Shown: one piece after another, positions 11,790 through 24,930 of the stretch
Position numbering within the stretch: the first letter of the stretch is position 1
Layout of the letters: every line of letters begins with the position of its first letter
Assembly (NCBI RefSeq): GCF_001194135.2
Contig: NC_068985.1
Span: 68,098,855 to 68,162,854, forward strand
Direction: 5' to 3'
DNA: 64,000 nt
From: Octopus bimaculoides
Lineage: Eukaryota
Notes under the pieces: generated by a model
Told to the model about the DNA's origin: nothing
What the model saw: only the letters and a program-made list of their open reading frames with translations
Databases searched by the model: none
Position numbers and translations under genes: made by a program

Positions 11790-13900
11790 GAACCTGATTT
11801 AACGGTTAAAGTTTTCCAGAGATACAAACCCTTTCAAAAATTCCTGTCAGGAATATCTCTTCAATGAAATTATATCCAGATTTGCACATCCTATCTGATA
11901 AGACCGACCGGGAATATTTATTCTGTAGCGCTGAGCCTTTATAATTAATTAATTTTGAAAGAGCTTAATTCTGAATATAAGCGTGCAAGCAAGAATGCTT
12001 TGCAAAATAATAATACTCATCTGGATATCATTTGTAATTTGGGCCTGCTGGATAGGACACAACCTTATGCTCCCAAAACTCTCTATTGTCCTTTGAAGGA
12101 CAATAAGCCTGATTTTTTTTAAATCAAATTCTTCGATTAGATTAATCTGTCCAACCAAGTCCGATCTGGGCAGAATTAGTCAGTATGTTATTGATCGGAT
12201 TATTCCCATCTTTAGGAATAAGGTTCAGCTTCCCCTACCCTCTTACTGATAAGCCTAATTTAGACTTTATCCATTTCGAAATTTCGAATTACAGCTCCAT
12301 TTCCCCAATATTGTTAAATAAGGCGTTGATTTTCGCTCGGAAATTTGGAAATATCCCTAGTTCGGATATTGATGTCATTTTGTGGCAAGAGAGACCGTCA
12401 TTTTCTTCAACGCAAGTAATTGGAGAAGGGCTGATTTCATTAATCTATTTGATATTACTATAGGGTCCTCGGATCAGCACAAGTGACCGACTCAGTGGGC
12501 CTACATCTCCTTTCGCAGATTAGGGATAGATCCCCACCTTACTGGGAGATTAGCTGCACGTGGTCAGTGTAAAACTGCACTGAATAGATTGAAGAAATCT
12601 TTGAGAAGGTTTTAAAAGATTTCTTCAAGCTTAACATTATTTTTTATGTTAACTCTTGAGTGGTAAATTTCTTTGATGTTACTTTGAATTTGGATACGAG
12701 TTTATACTCCCTGTTTCGTAAGCCAAGTAAATTCATTTCATATATTAATGTCTCCTCCAGTCATCAGAAATCTACTAATGATAGCATCGTTGCAGCCATT
12801 TCGATCAGAATCTCTAATTTTTCCGCAAACGAAGATTTTGATCAACATGCACCAGTATATAATAATTGTCTAAATTTAAGCGGCTTAAAAACTAAAATAT
12901 CATATATACCTAATACGAGTCTTAAGAACAAGCTGGTTTGTCTACCACCCGACCATGTCGCAGAAAGTCTGGAGAAACGCAAGGCATTAATTGATTGCAA
13001 CCAATGTAAGATATTTATATAGAGATTTTAGGAATAAATATTGGAAGCGAAATAGCAACCGTGAGGAGATAAGTAAAACCAAGAGCTCACGTTCGAGAAT
13101 ACAGTAAGTCAATTGATTTGCCTCATCCTTTCCTCTTAGAGTAAGAAATCTGCCTAAGGTGGGGTTTTTTTAAGATTCTGAAGGAAAATTTCACGAAGAA
13201 TCATAAGTACTACACCATCTGCAACAAATCCTCCATTAAGCTTTCTTACTCGGTAATGACGAATTTGGCATCCATTATTGCATCTATTAGGAGAAGGAAA
13301 TTAAGGGGGCAAGTGCACTGGAATTAATCCTTTGTTAGAAACTCTGGTATTGGGCTGGTAAGCTCTAATAAACCTAAGCGTGGTGTTATCAACCATTTAC
13401 CTTCACAGGATTTACTGACCCACTTTATTGGGATATCCGAGAGGAAGAATGGAGGAAACCCGATAAATAATGTTAGTATCAGTAATGGAGATAAAGGTGG
13501 TTCGGGTAAATCTTGTAATTGTAGAAACCCTAGGTTATGTCCTCTTTACGGATTTTTCTTGATTACAAAATGCAATTTATAAATGCGTAATTAAAGAGGA
13601 GGGTAGTTTGCATAGTCCTGTCAAATTTAAGGCGAGGCACAGGGTCCACATGAATTCGTTTTCGAACGAAAAATATTGTAACTCCATTACACTTGCATCT
13701 TATATGCATAGTTTAAAGTGGAATGATAAAAGTTACTCTCTTGAATGGTCTATCATCTATAGGGTCCCATATTTTAGCATTAATATTAACAAGTGTGTAT
13801 AAGGGAATCTCTTACCATCCTTTGGGTCTAAAACATTAAATAAATTTACAGAGGTGATCGCTTTCTGCAACCATAAATTTTCTTCTGCTTTTATGAAAGA
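11790..13900 (+). mobile_element. Penelope-like element (Naiad/Hydra-like RT plus GIY-YIG endonuclease), decayed
   Basis: LKDNKPDFF..SIRLICPTKSDLGRIS (~12090); FIHFEISNYSSISPILLNKAL (ORF 12185); DITIGSS; VNFFDVTLNLDTSLYSLFRKP (ORF 12660); SIKLSYSVMTNLASII (~13235); FKARHRVHMNSFSNEKY..LASYMHSLK..YSLEWSII (ORF 13608). A ~110-bp unrelated segment interrupts it near 13020. Confidence 0.85.
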
Positions 13901-14699
13901 ATATAGAAGAAAGGCTAGATGTGGTTGAAAATATTTACTTTGCTTACTGGGTTTTGAAACCTGATAGAAAAATTTCTATGACTAGCAGCCACCTACCAGG
14001 TTAGCTAAAAAATAAAATAAATTTATTTATTTATTTTATTGTTAGGAACTTTAGACTGGTCCTGCTAAAGGTTATATCTTATAAATAATGACTGCATCCG
14101 TATTGTAACTTTTGTTGGACTAATTGATTGTGAATTTCCGAGGTGGTTCTGTTGATCCTGATGAGGGGGGGGCATTGACGAAATGCGCTTTAACTTGCAA
14201 TCGGACCACAGCAGCGAACCTTCGAAATGACCATAGATGTAAATTTCGACCAACCCTTCTGTCGAACTCTCTTACACGCCTTGGATTGGACCAACCATGG
14301 ATTGCTTCATTTTTAAAAGACGATCTATTTTGATATATTTTTAATTGAGGAGCAATAAATTTTTTTAGTTGATTGAAATGTTTTAGCAATTCATTTTGAT
14401 CACCCATTTTAGTCGATATGTTTCTACTTTTTCTTGGCAGGCCCTTGTATATATTTTGTATTTTTATATGTGCATATATATATTTTACTTTCTGTGCTTT
14501 TATGCATATATTTGTTTTTATATGTTGAAGGCCATGGTATTAGTTTAATATGATGAAACATATAGACGCGTAGGGTTATATAAAGTCGTTGGCCCGAATT
14601 TGATGCTTATTCTCTCATCAATGATTTTACACGCGCACACACATAATATTTTACCACTGTCTCGATCACACCTCCTGTGCACTCTTCACTGCTTGTCAC

Positions 14700-14950
14700 A
14701 ATTCGCTTCTTGTCTGTGTTGTAGCTTCCGAATGGCACCACTCCGCAGCCTACGGCACCAGATTAACATTGCTCTTGAACGGAGCGGAACACCAGTCTGT
14801 CGCCAGGTTACCCATTTACATCTGAAAGAACTGGAGCAATGTGAATTGATGTATTTTGCTCGATAACACAAATCAGTGCCGACTTAGGAATCGAAACCCC
14901 GATCTTGCGATCAAGAGTGTAACACCCTAAGAGTTATGCCACGCAAACTT
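14700..14950 (-). mobile_element. tRNA-derived SINE, 5' half, decayed
   Basis: The minus strand has an A-box-like gtggcataactcttagg and a B-box gtttcgattcc, followed by gagcaaaa..cacattgctccag..gtaaatgggtaacc. Left boundary uncertain. Confidence 0.55.
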
Positions 14951-15013
14951 CATATACAAATATATGTATACACATGTATGCATTCATATATACATATACT
15001 TATATATGTATGT

Positions 15014-15057
<44 letters not shown>

Positions 15058-17177
15058 NNNNNNNNNNTGTGTGTGAGTGTGTGTGTATGTGTGTGTGTGT
15101 TAGTGTACAAACGCTCTGTTCCCTAGTGGAGATGTTACAATTTTTGAGAAACTTTTCAAGTGAATTTAGATAAATTTTGCTTTCAGCGGCTTTAATCAAA
15201 TAATAAACACACAAAGTTACTCTGAGCTATACTTAGTTTAAGCATAATTATAAAATAATATATCGTGTTAAATCAGATAATTCGCCTTCAAATTGATTGT
15301 TAAGTTTGAGTTTCTGTATTGAATGAACAATAACATCAATATCATTTGACCAAACAATTTGATGATACCTGTTATCCATGTATCAGACAGCTGGATATAT
15401 TATATTCTTTATTCTGCATACCACTATAAAACAATATGAATTATTCTTTTATGAGTTATACGTCTTTTAATTCTGACTGAATCGTTGTTAGGTTATAGCG
15501 CGCTGCATTTCATAATGTTAATCAGTTTGTACCCGTAAAGTCGCAAACATGATGACTTACTGTGGTGCATCGCCAACCAAAACTTGCATTATATTATCAA
15601 ACTGGGCATTTTTCTACTTTCCTCAGACGAGTGCACTTGATTCATATCGAAAGTATGTCACTTTTTTGCTGAGACATACTGCATCAGTAAATATGGTTGC
15701 GCAAACAGAAATCTCAGGATTTCGCCTATAAAATATGAGTGATACTAAAAAAGAACAGAAAAACAGAAATAATAGCAGAGTAAAATATGCAAATCTGGTT
15801 GTTTTTGACAGAATATAATTTTTATTCATTAATATATTCAATAGATATTGTAGCTTGCAGAGCGCCATAGAAATTACGTTGTGATACGTTGCTGCTTATA
15901 TGCACGTGCTAATTCAAATCGACAGGTATTGATAATTAATTTTATCCTTCCTGGATCGATAAAATGAATACTAATTACTGTGATTTAATAAGTCGACAAA
16001 ATGCATTCTAGAAAATGTACGTTCTTGCCTTAGAAATAATTATTTATATAAGTATATTTTCGGATTTTTTTTCCGAAACGAGTACACATGATTTGAGCAG
16101 TTTATTATTATCTTTGCTACTAAAGATACTTAGATATAAATGTTAGTTTTCTATGTGCAACAAATAAATTTTTAATTGTCATTAAAAATACTGAGAAAAG
16201 GTAGAAGTATTACAGACTCTATTATAATACAATTCCATCATGCTCTATTAGAATATTAGAGCTACGTATATATCTTTCTATTTTTCTTTTCTGATTACTT
16301 ACTTTCTTTCGCAATTTAATAACTTTTCAAAACATTACAATATAAAATATACCCCAAACACTTCCAAGTTGTTTCTAAATGTATACCCATTAACTCTGTA
16401 ATGTTCGTTTATATTTATCATAGGTGGAATGCAATACATTCAGTTATTTTAGAGTTACGGTCCGAGATCATAATCTGGGAACTGTTCTTTAAAGAGAATC
16501 TACTAAATGTCAGTCTATTTTCTTACTGAAAGGATTGTATTAAAGTGTAACACTTAATCACTCATTGCTAGAACATTGGATTTCGTTATCAATGCTTCAC
16601 TGATCTGAAAACAGATAACATACTTTTGAAAATGTGTTCTTCATTCCTTTTCCTATACATTTCTTCGTGTTCAATTCACTGATGCTTGTTCCCTTTCTTC
16701 TGTCCATTATTATGACTTGCCTGAGGCATCACACCAATTTAAGAACTAATACATCGTATTTTATATAATACCTACAATCAGTGTTTCAAAGTTTGTAACT
16801 ATAAGGTGAAAGAGCTCTGTAGTGTGTGAAGAATTTCAACATGAAGACCAATTGTTGTATTTTCGCTTTCTATTGTTGTCTCTATACAGACAAGAGATAT
16901 TGTCGGTGAACTTCTATGGGAAGAACAACAACAATACGTTCCCGGAGCTTTGCGCAAAACATAACAACAAAACTCTTTAGCGAATTGGACTGTAATTCTT
17001 TCGCCGTTTGTAACATTATTGTAATATTTGGGAAATGTTTGCAATGTATTGTTGTTGAGTAAAAAATATACATATATAGACATAAGAATATATATATAAG
17101 AATTCTTTGAACGCTCTGATTCAGTTCTTATAAGAATTAAGTTTATTTCAACAGGCCAAAAGAATAAGAAGCAGTCT

Positions 17178-17249
<72 letters not shown>
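17178..17249. repeat. perfect (GTA)24 microsatellite
   Basis: Direct reading; produces the poly-Thr and poly-Leu ORFs. Confidence 0.97.
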
Positions 17250-17814
17250 AACGAATTCTCAAAAATGGCTGAAATAATGAATAAATGGATGAATGAAGGA
17301 CAAAGGGAAACAAGTAGTGAATAGTGTTCATGATGGAATAGATAAAAGCACCGGATTAGCAAGTAGACATGTATTGTGACCCAAACATGATTTCATTAAA
17401 TGGCAGATTTTAAAATGTTTGTGAACGAAGGTGAACAAAAGGGAAAAGTACCTAAAGAGAGAGCTGTATTTACAGAGAGGGATAGAAAAAGAAGAAAAAA
17501 ATTAACCACAAATACAGAGAAAACACAAGTAGTTTGATTACTGCTTGAATCTATTTGCTTCTTTCTACTTTATTCTTTAGTTTCTTATTCTATACACTTT
17601 TTCGCCTTGAACAAACTATTCATTTAGCAAAATGTATAATGAAAATAGTCTTCTTTAATTGCCATTCCTTGCCCACTGTAAGCAGTGGCATTCAAGTTCC
17701 ACTGAAATTTGTAATGTCCCTTGTTTATTCACATTTGTTCTTTTTTTCTTCTTTGTCCTCTTCTTTACTTATCTTTGTTTCGTCGCCTCCTTCTCCTCCC
17801 CTCTCCCCCTCCTG

Positions 17815-17945
17815 AAAGGGCAGAATCGTGAAGCTGTTGAACATAATTCAATGAGAGCAAGATGAAATTCTTGCTCTCTTTGTTGTGAGTTCAAGTCGTA
17901 CTCAGTTTCAATTTGCCATTCATCCTTTTAGGGTCACTAGGTATG
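17815..17945 (+). mobile_element. degenerate truncated SINE, family B
   Basis: ggcagaa..gagttcaa..tttgccattcatccttttagggtc resembles the head and central domain of 47542-47774. Confidence 0.55.
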
Positions 17946-18087
17946 AAGCGGGGTCCATGACATCTAATTACTTTAAAATTGCTATACTTTTGCCTATATA
18001 TCGTGTTTTGTTAAGACTGGACGGCAGGGATCCCAGTAATCTACACGAAACGATCAGATTTTATGTAACATGCAATCTTACTGACCT

Positions 18088-18905
18088 TTCAAGCAATTCG
18101 TAATGGATAATCATCCCTTCCCAGTCCCACCATACGCACAATATCGTTTTACGCGGATGAAGGTCTTGTTTCTCGCCCGGTGTCGCTTGTTTACCGAGGC
18201 TAATCTATTCCTAATGCTGCTTCATATTGATGTATAAGTACCATTTTTCGTCGCCAGTAACGATTCGGTAAAGAAATCGTTGCTTGTGTCCATGAGTTGA
18301 ACGGTGACGAGCGAGCAAACCAGAGATTTTGGCTCGTTGAGTATTGTTCTTGTCAGTTAAAGAATGCGAAACACATGCCCCATACTTCTGAACCTTTCCC
18401 ATTGAGTGAAGATGCTTCTCTACAGCAGTGTGGGAGCATTCCATTTTCTCTGCCAGTTCCCTTGTCGTTTAACGAGAATTTTCGCGCAAAAGTTGGTTTA
18501 ATCGCTCTTCATCGAACTCAACTGGACGGCCAGAACGAGGTGCGTGTCTGAGGTCAAAATTTCCTTTTTCGAACTTGGCATACCAATCACGAGTGATTCT
18601 TTCAGCTATGGCACCCTCTCCATACACAACACATATGTCGTGAGCAACTTTTGCGACATTAGCACCTTGATTAAAAGCAAAAAGAAGGATGTGTCGAGAA
18701 TGCTCATTCTTCTTAACTTGACATTACATTTCAATCATCTGAAAATAAACAAGCATTAACTAAAATTAACTAGGAAAAAACAAAATATATTCCAAAATGA
18801 TGAAAAAATGGTATTCTCAAAAAGAAAAAAATTGATTCCAAAATTTAAAACCCAATAAATTCCCCCAAAATTAAAAAAACGGCGGGTACTCAGTTGCCAA
18901 ACCAA
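18088..18905 (-). mobile_element. second copy of the mellifera-like mariner, 5' ~820 bp, 3'-truncated
   Basis: TIR ggcgggtactcagttgccaaaccaa followed by TA (18906-18907). The reverse complement is about 90% identical to 5480-6260; ORF 18211..18444 encodes RIVTGDEKW. Confidence 0.95.
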
Positions 18906-18917
18906 TAACAATAACAC

Positions 18918-19514
18918 TGCCCTTGATGCAGTACCAGGCAGTGTCTTTCATGGTCTCTGATTTTAAATGATTTGATGCGTTATCATGTATATATTGTCTC
19001 GGGTTAAAATATGGGCTACAGCAAATATTCTGCTCAATACTAGAGATTTGCTTGTTAGTTTCTTGGCCTTCATAAGTTAAGCATGTCCCTTAGTGACTGA
19101 CAATATCAGTATATCTGATCACGTGCAGGAGCTGTAGGGGAATATCATAGCCATGTGCTGAAAGGAAATCTTTGAGGTTTGAGTAATTCACACCTGGAAA
19201 CATGGACATTTTGTTCGCCATACTTAAACAAGCCTTATTCGGGAGCTTTTTGAGCGGAATGTGCTACTCGACCTAAAGAAAATTGTAACTGAGCCCCATG
19301 TGAAAGTTCATGCACTATTTATCTTGATATGAGATGTATGGTTGTGCATGTATGGTTGCGCATGTCGCGCATGTATGATTGTGATGCATATGCCTGCTAA
19401 ACACTTATTAGACGGGTAGTCATGATGTGTCGATTGGGCTTCGTATGTTTGTACCCCAGTTTCACTTTGATGGCATGCATTTCTCTCTCACACAAAAACA
19501 ACAACAACAACAAC
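18918..19514 (+). mobile_element. ~575-bp non-coding element, copy 2, with (AAC)n tail at 19494-19514
   Basis: Colinear with 319-864; preceded by aataacaataac; has an internal ~15-bp tandem expansion at ~19336-19390. Confidence 0.75.
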
Positions 19515-19679
19515 CGTGGAGAGCTTTGTTGATCAATAATTGATTTAAACACACCTATGAAATGTTGACCAAACTTTATATTCGTATCTCTGTTGTCAAT
19601 ATGCCTCCCGAACACTCTTCTGTTCCTCTGGCTTTTCGTAGCCAAAACACCAAACACAGCGGCTAGACAACTGTAGGTG

Positions 19680-20035
19680 TTCACAATAACGAAATAGGTA
19701 ATCAATACAGCAAAAATCGAAAACCTAGACGTCCCAAAATATGACATGATTCCCAACTTCTGGTTAAGTTATTTGACTAGCTATATAAGATGCTTGCAGA
19801 AAAGCTTAATGAGATTTTGACGTAGCCAAATACAAGAGATTGGCTCACAGGGTGGAGAAACATCCCAAATTGTCAAATCTAGAGAAACTACAAAATTTGA
19901 AAACTTGAGACCTATTAGATGTATTCTTAGAACCAACATAGTCTTGACAGCAATAAATTGTAAGGACTAAACAAACATCCCAAGGAAGACAAGCTGTTTT
20001 GCAGAAGTGTAGATGGATGGCTACAAAATGTCATA
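19680..20035 (+). mobile_element. R4/Dong-like reverse transcriptase fragment
   Basis: Frameshifted DMIPNFWL..LAEKLNEI..DWLTG..QIVKSRETTKFENLRPIRCIL..LTAI matches the RT N-terminal region (IPKxxxTxxPxNYRPITCL). Confidence 0.6.
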
Positions 20036-20249
20036 TCGCTGTATATATCAATAATTGAATTAAAGTTATAGAGGAAGACGGCCAAAGGACAAAGAAGTGC
20101 ATACATAGTTACTTTTAAAATTTAGTATGATATTTTACTTTGAAATTTTGCTTTTTATGCGATGTTACTGAATAATTATAATAATTCAAAACTGCTTTTA
20201 ACGGTGTTGGTATTCGGTTCTATCACACCATATGAAGAGAATTTTCTAT

Positions 20250-20510
20250 CTTTTGTGTGATATTCCCTCTGGTCTTCCTATCTCTTCTGATATTTTCGCG
20301 ACGCCTTCCGGGATAAATTATTCTGGTCCGTGTCGACATGTATTCTTACTACTAGGTTACTATAAGAATTTTCTAGGTTTGTTCTGAACTTCTGCCCCTG
20401 TAATAATCGGCACTATCATGAACTTGTTTATTTCTGTGATACAATGCTTACTTTTTATCACAAGTTAGTATGATACTTTACTTTCTCTCTTTTATTCTAG
20501 TGTCAAATGG
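20250..20510 (-). mobile_element. possible restriction-like endonuclease remnant of a non-LTR element
   Basis: The minus strand gives a broken ERK..KY-like segment followed by MIVPIITGA (VPIxIGA motif). Very decayed. Confidence 0.3.
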
Positions 20511-21831
20511 CCATGACAAGTAGATTACAACTCACAGCCTTTTTTTCTTGCTGGAGACTACAATAGATGTAGGTTGGTGTAGGAACGCACCATCGTAACC
20601 CCATCATTTTTAGGACTAACTGTATTATTCTCACGAAATAGTGATAGCATTTTTTTTACACAGTGAAATTAATTTGTCGCAAACGCAATTCTTTTAATAA
20701 ATTTTGTTATTTTGTTTTCTTTACACGCATATTGCAAATTAATGCCCCATTTACCTGCTCTCCTCGTATTTGAATTTAAGCTTTGATAAAAACATATTGC
20801 TTTGGTGTGTTCAATATAAACTCAGTCTATGATTTACTCTAAACCTCTTGGAAAACTGATCCAATTCATTCCTAATGAAATTATGGAAATATTTAACTAT
20901 TCATTCTTTCTAAAACATCTGAACCGTTAACTTCGACAATATTTTTAATATAATCGGGAAACTAGCAAAAGTAATCACATTTCCTTATCATAATTCTCTA
21001 GACGCCGGATAAATTCGCGCATCGCGAAATAATATCACGATCAAGAACTGCATTACCTTTATTAAGATGAAATGAAAAGCAAACAGATTTTTTGGTCAAT
21101 TATAATTTCGTTACTTATTGGTTTTGAACTTTCCAAAAGTACATAATGAAGACACTGTAAAATGTTTCTTTTTTTTTTTCATTCGGAATACTATCAATAA
21201 TGTGAAGTAAATATTCTCTATATTTCAATAATGAAATTAAACAAATATGTCACGTACTACTGAAATTAATAACCATATAAATAATTTTGTATTAAATAGA
21301 TCACGAAAATGTTGTCAATTGAAATGACATTGCTTGCACACGATATAATGAAAGCCCTTGAAATTAATCATTTCTCTTTTCTAATTTACACCGACATAGA
21401 CATCGAGCTTTCAATCACTCGAAATGAAATTATATCTATTTTTTTATAATTTTGATTCATTTTCTGATTGCCATTACTTTTCACTTCTTTCTCTTAGTCT
21501 CTATCCACTTCTTACTTGACTGCTCTCTTGTGTGATACATACACAAATCTCTCTCACTCACGCTTCGTGTGTGCGCGTGTATTTGAGTAGGCACGCGTGT
21601 GCGTGTGTGATTGAACCTTAAATGTTTCAACGATGAGCATTCAATTGCTCCATCAACAGAATTGCATGCCTGTTAATTTAATGCATAAATGATTGTGTAA
21701 TTCATACATATATGAAATTAAATCGTAAGTCTCAGGCCAGAACAGAGTAACACTGTATGGTAAGTCTGAAGCTTTAAGTTACATATGCAATCATTACAAA
21801 GTGCTTATACTCACTTCATCCCCCACACACG

Positions 21832-21887
<56 letters not shown>

Positions 21888-21949
21888 AACAAACAAACAT
21901 ACTTAAAGACATACGCATAACCTCGTGCAAATACATATACGTTTATGTA

Positions 21950-22198
21950 TTGGGTTGGTGCATAATTATTGTGGCTTTTTTTTCAACAAACTTTATTCAA
22001 CAAAAACAAAAATAACATTAACAAAAACACCTTTAAATGATTATTCCGGAGCATACTCACCATTTACTTCAATTACTGCTTCCCATTTGCTTGGCGGACG
22101 GTCAGACCGTCTTTTAAAGTTGTTTTTTGTTAAATATTGTTATTGTTTTTGCTGAATAAAAATTGTTGAAAAAAGGCAATAATCATGCACCAACCCAA
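21950..22198. mobile_element. 249-bp mariner-derived MITE
   Basis: TA TSDs at 21948-21949 and 22199-22200; TIR ttgggttggtgcatrattattg extended to ~90 bp of inverted similarity; the interior encodes the transposase C-terminus PSKWEAVIEVNGEYAPE* on the minus strand. Confidence 0.92.
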
Positions 22199-22369
22199 TA
22201 TATACATGTTTAGATGAAAAAAAAAATTAATAAATACATCGATAAATAAGTACGTAACAATGGGCTGAAAAATATATCACACGGTACAGGACTGTATATA
22301 CATGCACATTCACTTACACACAAACACAGGCACACACACATACACACATACATATGTCAGTATGTATGT

Positions 22370-24930
22370 GTCGTCGTCGTCTGTCCGGGTAGGACTTGAT
22401 GCGCCTGCGGTTGAGAGCCGTGCATTCCGTAGCATAGAGGAGTCGAGGGAGCACTACAGCACTGTACATCTTTATCTTCGTGCTGCTTGCAATGTCATGA
22501 TAGCTCCCTTGACGCTTCTCAAGGGAGCCAAAACCTTTGTGTCAGAATGTATTTCCTTCTCAACTTTGACGTCAGAAGAGTTGGTACAAGTCACTGCGCT
22601 GCCGTGGTAGATTGCGCTGCCGAGGTATATTAGGGGCTCACCGTCTACTGACACTGGCTCGGAGTCTTTTGACCTATTAGGACGTCTTAGAGGGAGCTGG
22701 TAGAGTAGCTCCGTCTTCGAAGTGTTCATCTTGAGAACAAACATGCCTGCTGCACAAGAAAAATGACCATGAGCGCTGAGTCACATGGATAGAGCAGTTC
22801 ACTGAAACACATCTCTGATTTGGGTGGAGGAGTTGAAGAAATTTCCATCTGTTCAAGGGCGGATGAAAACCTTTTGTGCAAATTAACCCTCATAATTCCA
22901 AGCACAGCTGCGAGGTAAAAAGACCAGAGTGCGGCAGCAAGCACGCACCCATGCTTCACTACGTTCTCTGCTAATTAAGATTAGTCCTTTCATTCATGTG
23001 TTAATGATGTTAACAAGCTCCTCAGGGAATCCATAATTCTGACATTTTCCGGAGAGTTTCTCGGTCCACGGTGTCAAATACCTTCGGAAAAGCCACAAAC
23101 ATCACGAAGAGAAGTCGGTGTTGCTCTGCTGTTTTCTCCTGTGGCTGCGGCAGTGTGAAGATCATATCCATGGTTGATCCACTTGGCCTGAAGCCACGTT
23201 AACCCTTTGGTAAGACTGCTCTGAGATGTTTTTTCATCCGATTGAGAATGGCTTTTGTTTTCCCCTTGCCAGTAATGGTCAGCAGAGAAATGTTCTGGTG
23301 ATTCCCATAATGTGCTCGATCCTCCTTTATTTTGTAAATGGTGGCTATCAGGGTGTCCTTTGAAGTCTTGGGTTACGCAATCATTAGAAAGTCAAGTGTT
23401 GTACAGTCTCAACAGCTCATTATGGGGCTTTTGCCTACCTTGTTTCAGCACGTCTGAACGACTGTCATCCAGGCTTGGTGCGTTGTAACTTGCCGTGGCC
23501 TTCAAAGTTTTCTCCAATTCCTGCATAGTGATCCCATGTCAGCAGTCATCTCGGTTCTGGTGTCACTCTAGCCATTTGCAGACGTCTGGATGGGCGGATC
23601 CTTGCTGATTGAGCAGGCTACATAAAGGTTCCCTTCACTTAGTTCACATCCCTTGGAAGTCGGTGTGCTGTTTTCTCTCGTCTTCTGACTTGATCAGTGA
23701 CACAGCGTTGTTCCTAGAGCCATAGAAAGCTTTCAGTCCCACAAACAGGTGTAGAAGTCGTACTGGTAGGCCATGGCCTGCAAAGCTTCTGCTTGCCAGT
23801 GCCACCAGTCGTTTTTCAGAGAACTTCTTCTTTCTGCTCTTTGTATTGATTTCACCGCAAGCAAACCTGTTCCTCTCCGAGTTCTCCTAGAGATGTCGCT
23901 GGTGTAGGAGTTGCTTTTTGTCTAGCAGGTTTTGGATCTCCTCTCCGTGCTTCCAGAATCAAGCGGGTGTTTAATTCTGAAAGGGCGCTAGGCTATCCCT
24001 CGCAACGGAAAAAGGCTGCCTTCTTTAACGTCTGCCAATGATCCTCAATGTCATCCATTTCCTCTGAGTTGAATATCATACCTACGACCGCGGCTGTGAT
24101 GGCAGTATTTAGTCTCGGATAGTGTCGCATTTGCTACCTTGCTTATGTCAAGTTTCTCTAGTTTGTGCTTGTTCAGTTTTTTCTCCACGTCAGATTGATC
24201 CTGAATCTAATCCGACTCCTCACGAGTCGATGGCGTTCGTGCACAGGATCGCCCGCAGCCTAGTTTTCCGTGTAACGGCATAGCACAGCAGTTCATTTTG
24301 GCCAAACCGAAGGTGTTACTGCATGAAATAATTCTTGCCGGGCTTATCAAATAACGTGTTGGTGACACAGAGCTCTTGGTGTTCACAAACTTTCAGCAGG
24401 AGGTCTCCATTCTTGTTCTTTTTGCCCTTGCTAAACTTGACGATGATGACTGCAACTTGACTTGTCTTCGTGGGGAACTTTACCTACAGTCCTTTTCAGC
24501 TCTTGGTAGAATGTCTCATTCTCCCCTGCTGGGTAAGTCATTGTTAGAGCAGTCTTTTGACGATCTTTTTGACAAAAAACACGATTACGGACACAATATT
24601 TGTAGTAACGTTACTTGATTGAGAGTATAGCTCAGAGATCAGAGAGGCGCTCCAGATAGAGTCACTATTTCTCCGAAGTGAGAGATACAGCTCCGATACT
24701 AGAGGCATGTAAGAATATCATGAGGTAAAATCACTCGACAGCTTTTACAGGCAACCAACCGGTAGGCGATCCAGAAGTAAACCACGAGCAAGATGTTGAA
24801 TAACATTCATGAGCGAGTTTGGTCTCGTTTGGATATCCAGCCAAATCAGTTGGAGACAGTTGCTTCTGACAGGATCGATGAAAGGCGTACTTGAGCATTC
24901 TTCTCCCACGACCCTCCCATGAACAAGTGG
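22370..24930 (-). mobile_element. RTE-clade LINE, decayed, with (GAC)n 3' tail
   Basis: Minus strand: NGDLLLKVCEHQELCVTNT (APE end), FVAFPKVFDTVDRETL, KHGCVLAAALWSFYLAA, ELLYP(C)DSAL, LKMNTSKTELLYQ..YLGSAI; tail gtcgtcgtcgtc at 22370-22381. Confidence 0.88.

Noticed and set aside
14846-14950. tRNA-like A/B boxes here and at 47545-47630
   Set aside because: They continue into SINE bodies and do not form a cloverleaf; they are not tRNA genes.
16824-16870. Peptide VCEEFQHEDQLLYFRF resembling a DEP-domain C-terminus
   Set aside because: There is an in-frame stop immediately upstream and no usable donor; the match is too short.
17853-17878. Perfect 10-bp hairpin gagagcaaga/tcttgctctc
   Set aside because: It lies inside a decayed SINE and is most simply a local quasi-palindrome correction; no evidence of function.
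19397-19756. Hydrophobic minus-strand ORF that looks like a membrane protein fragment
   Set aside because: It is antisense to the R4/Dong-like RT remnant and the repeated element, with no receptor motifs.
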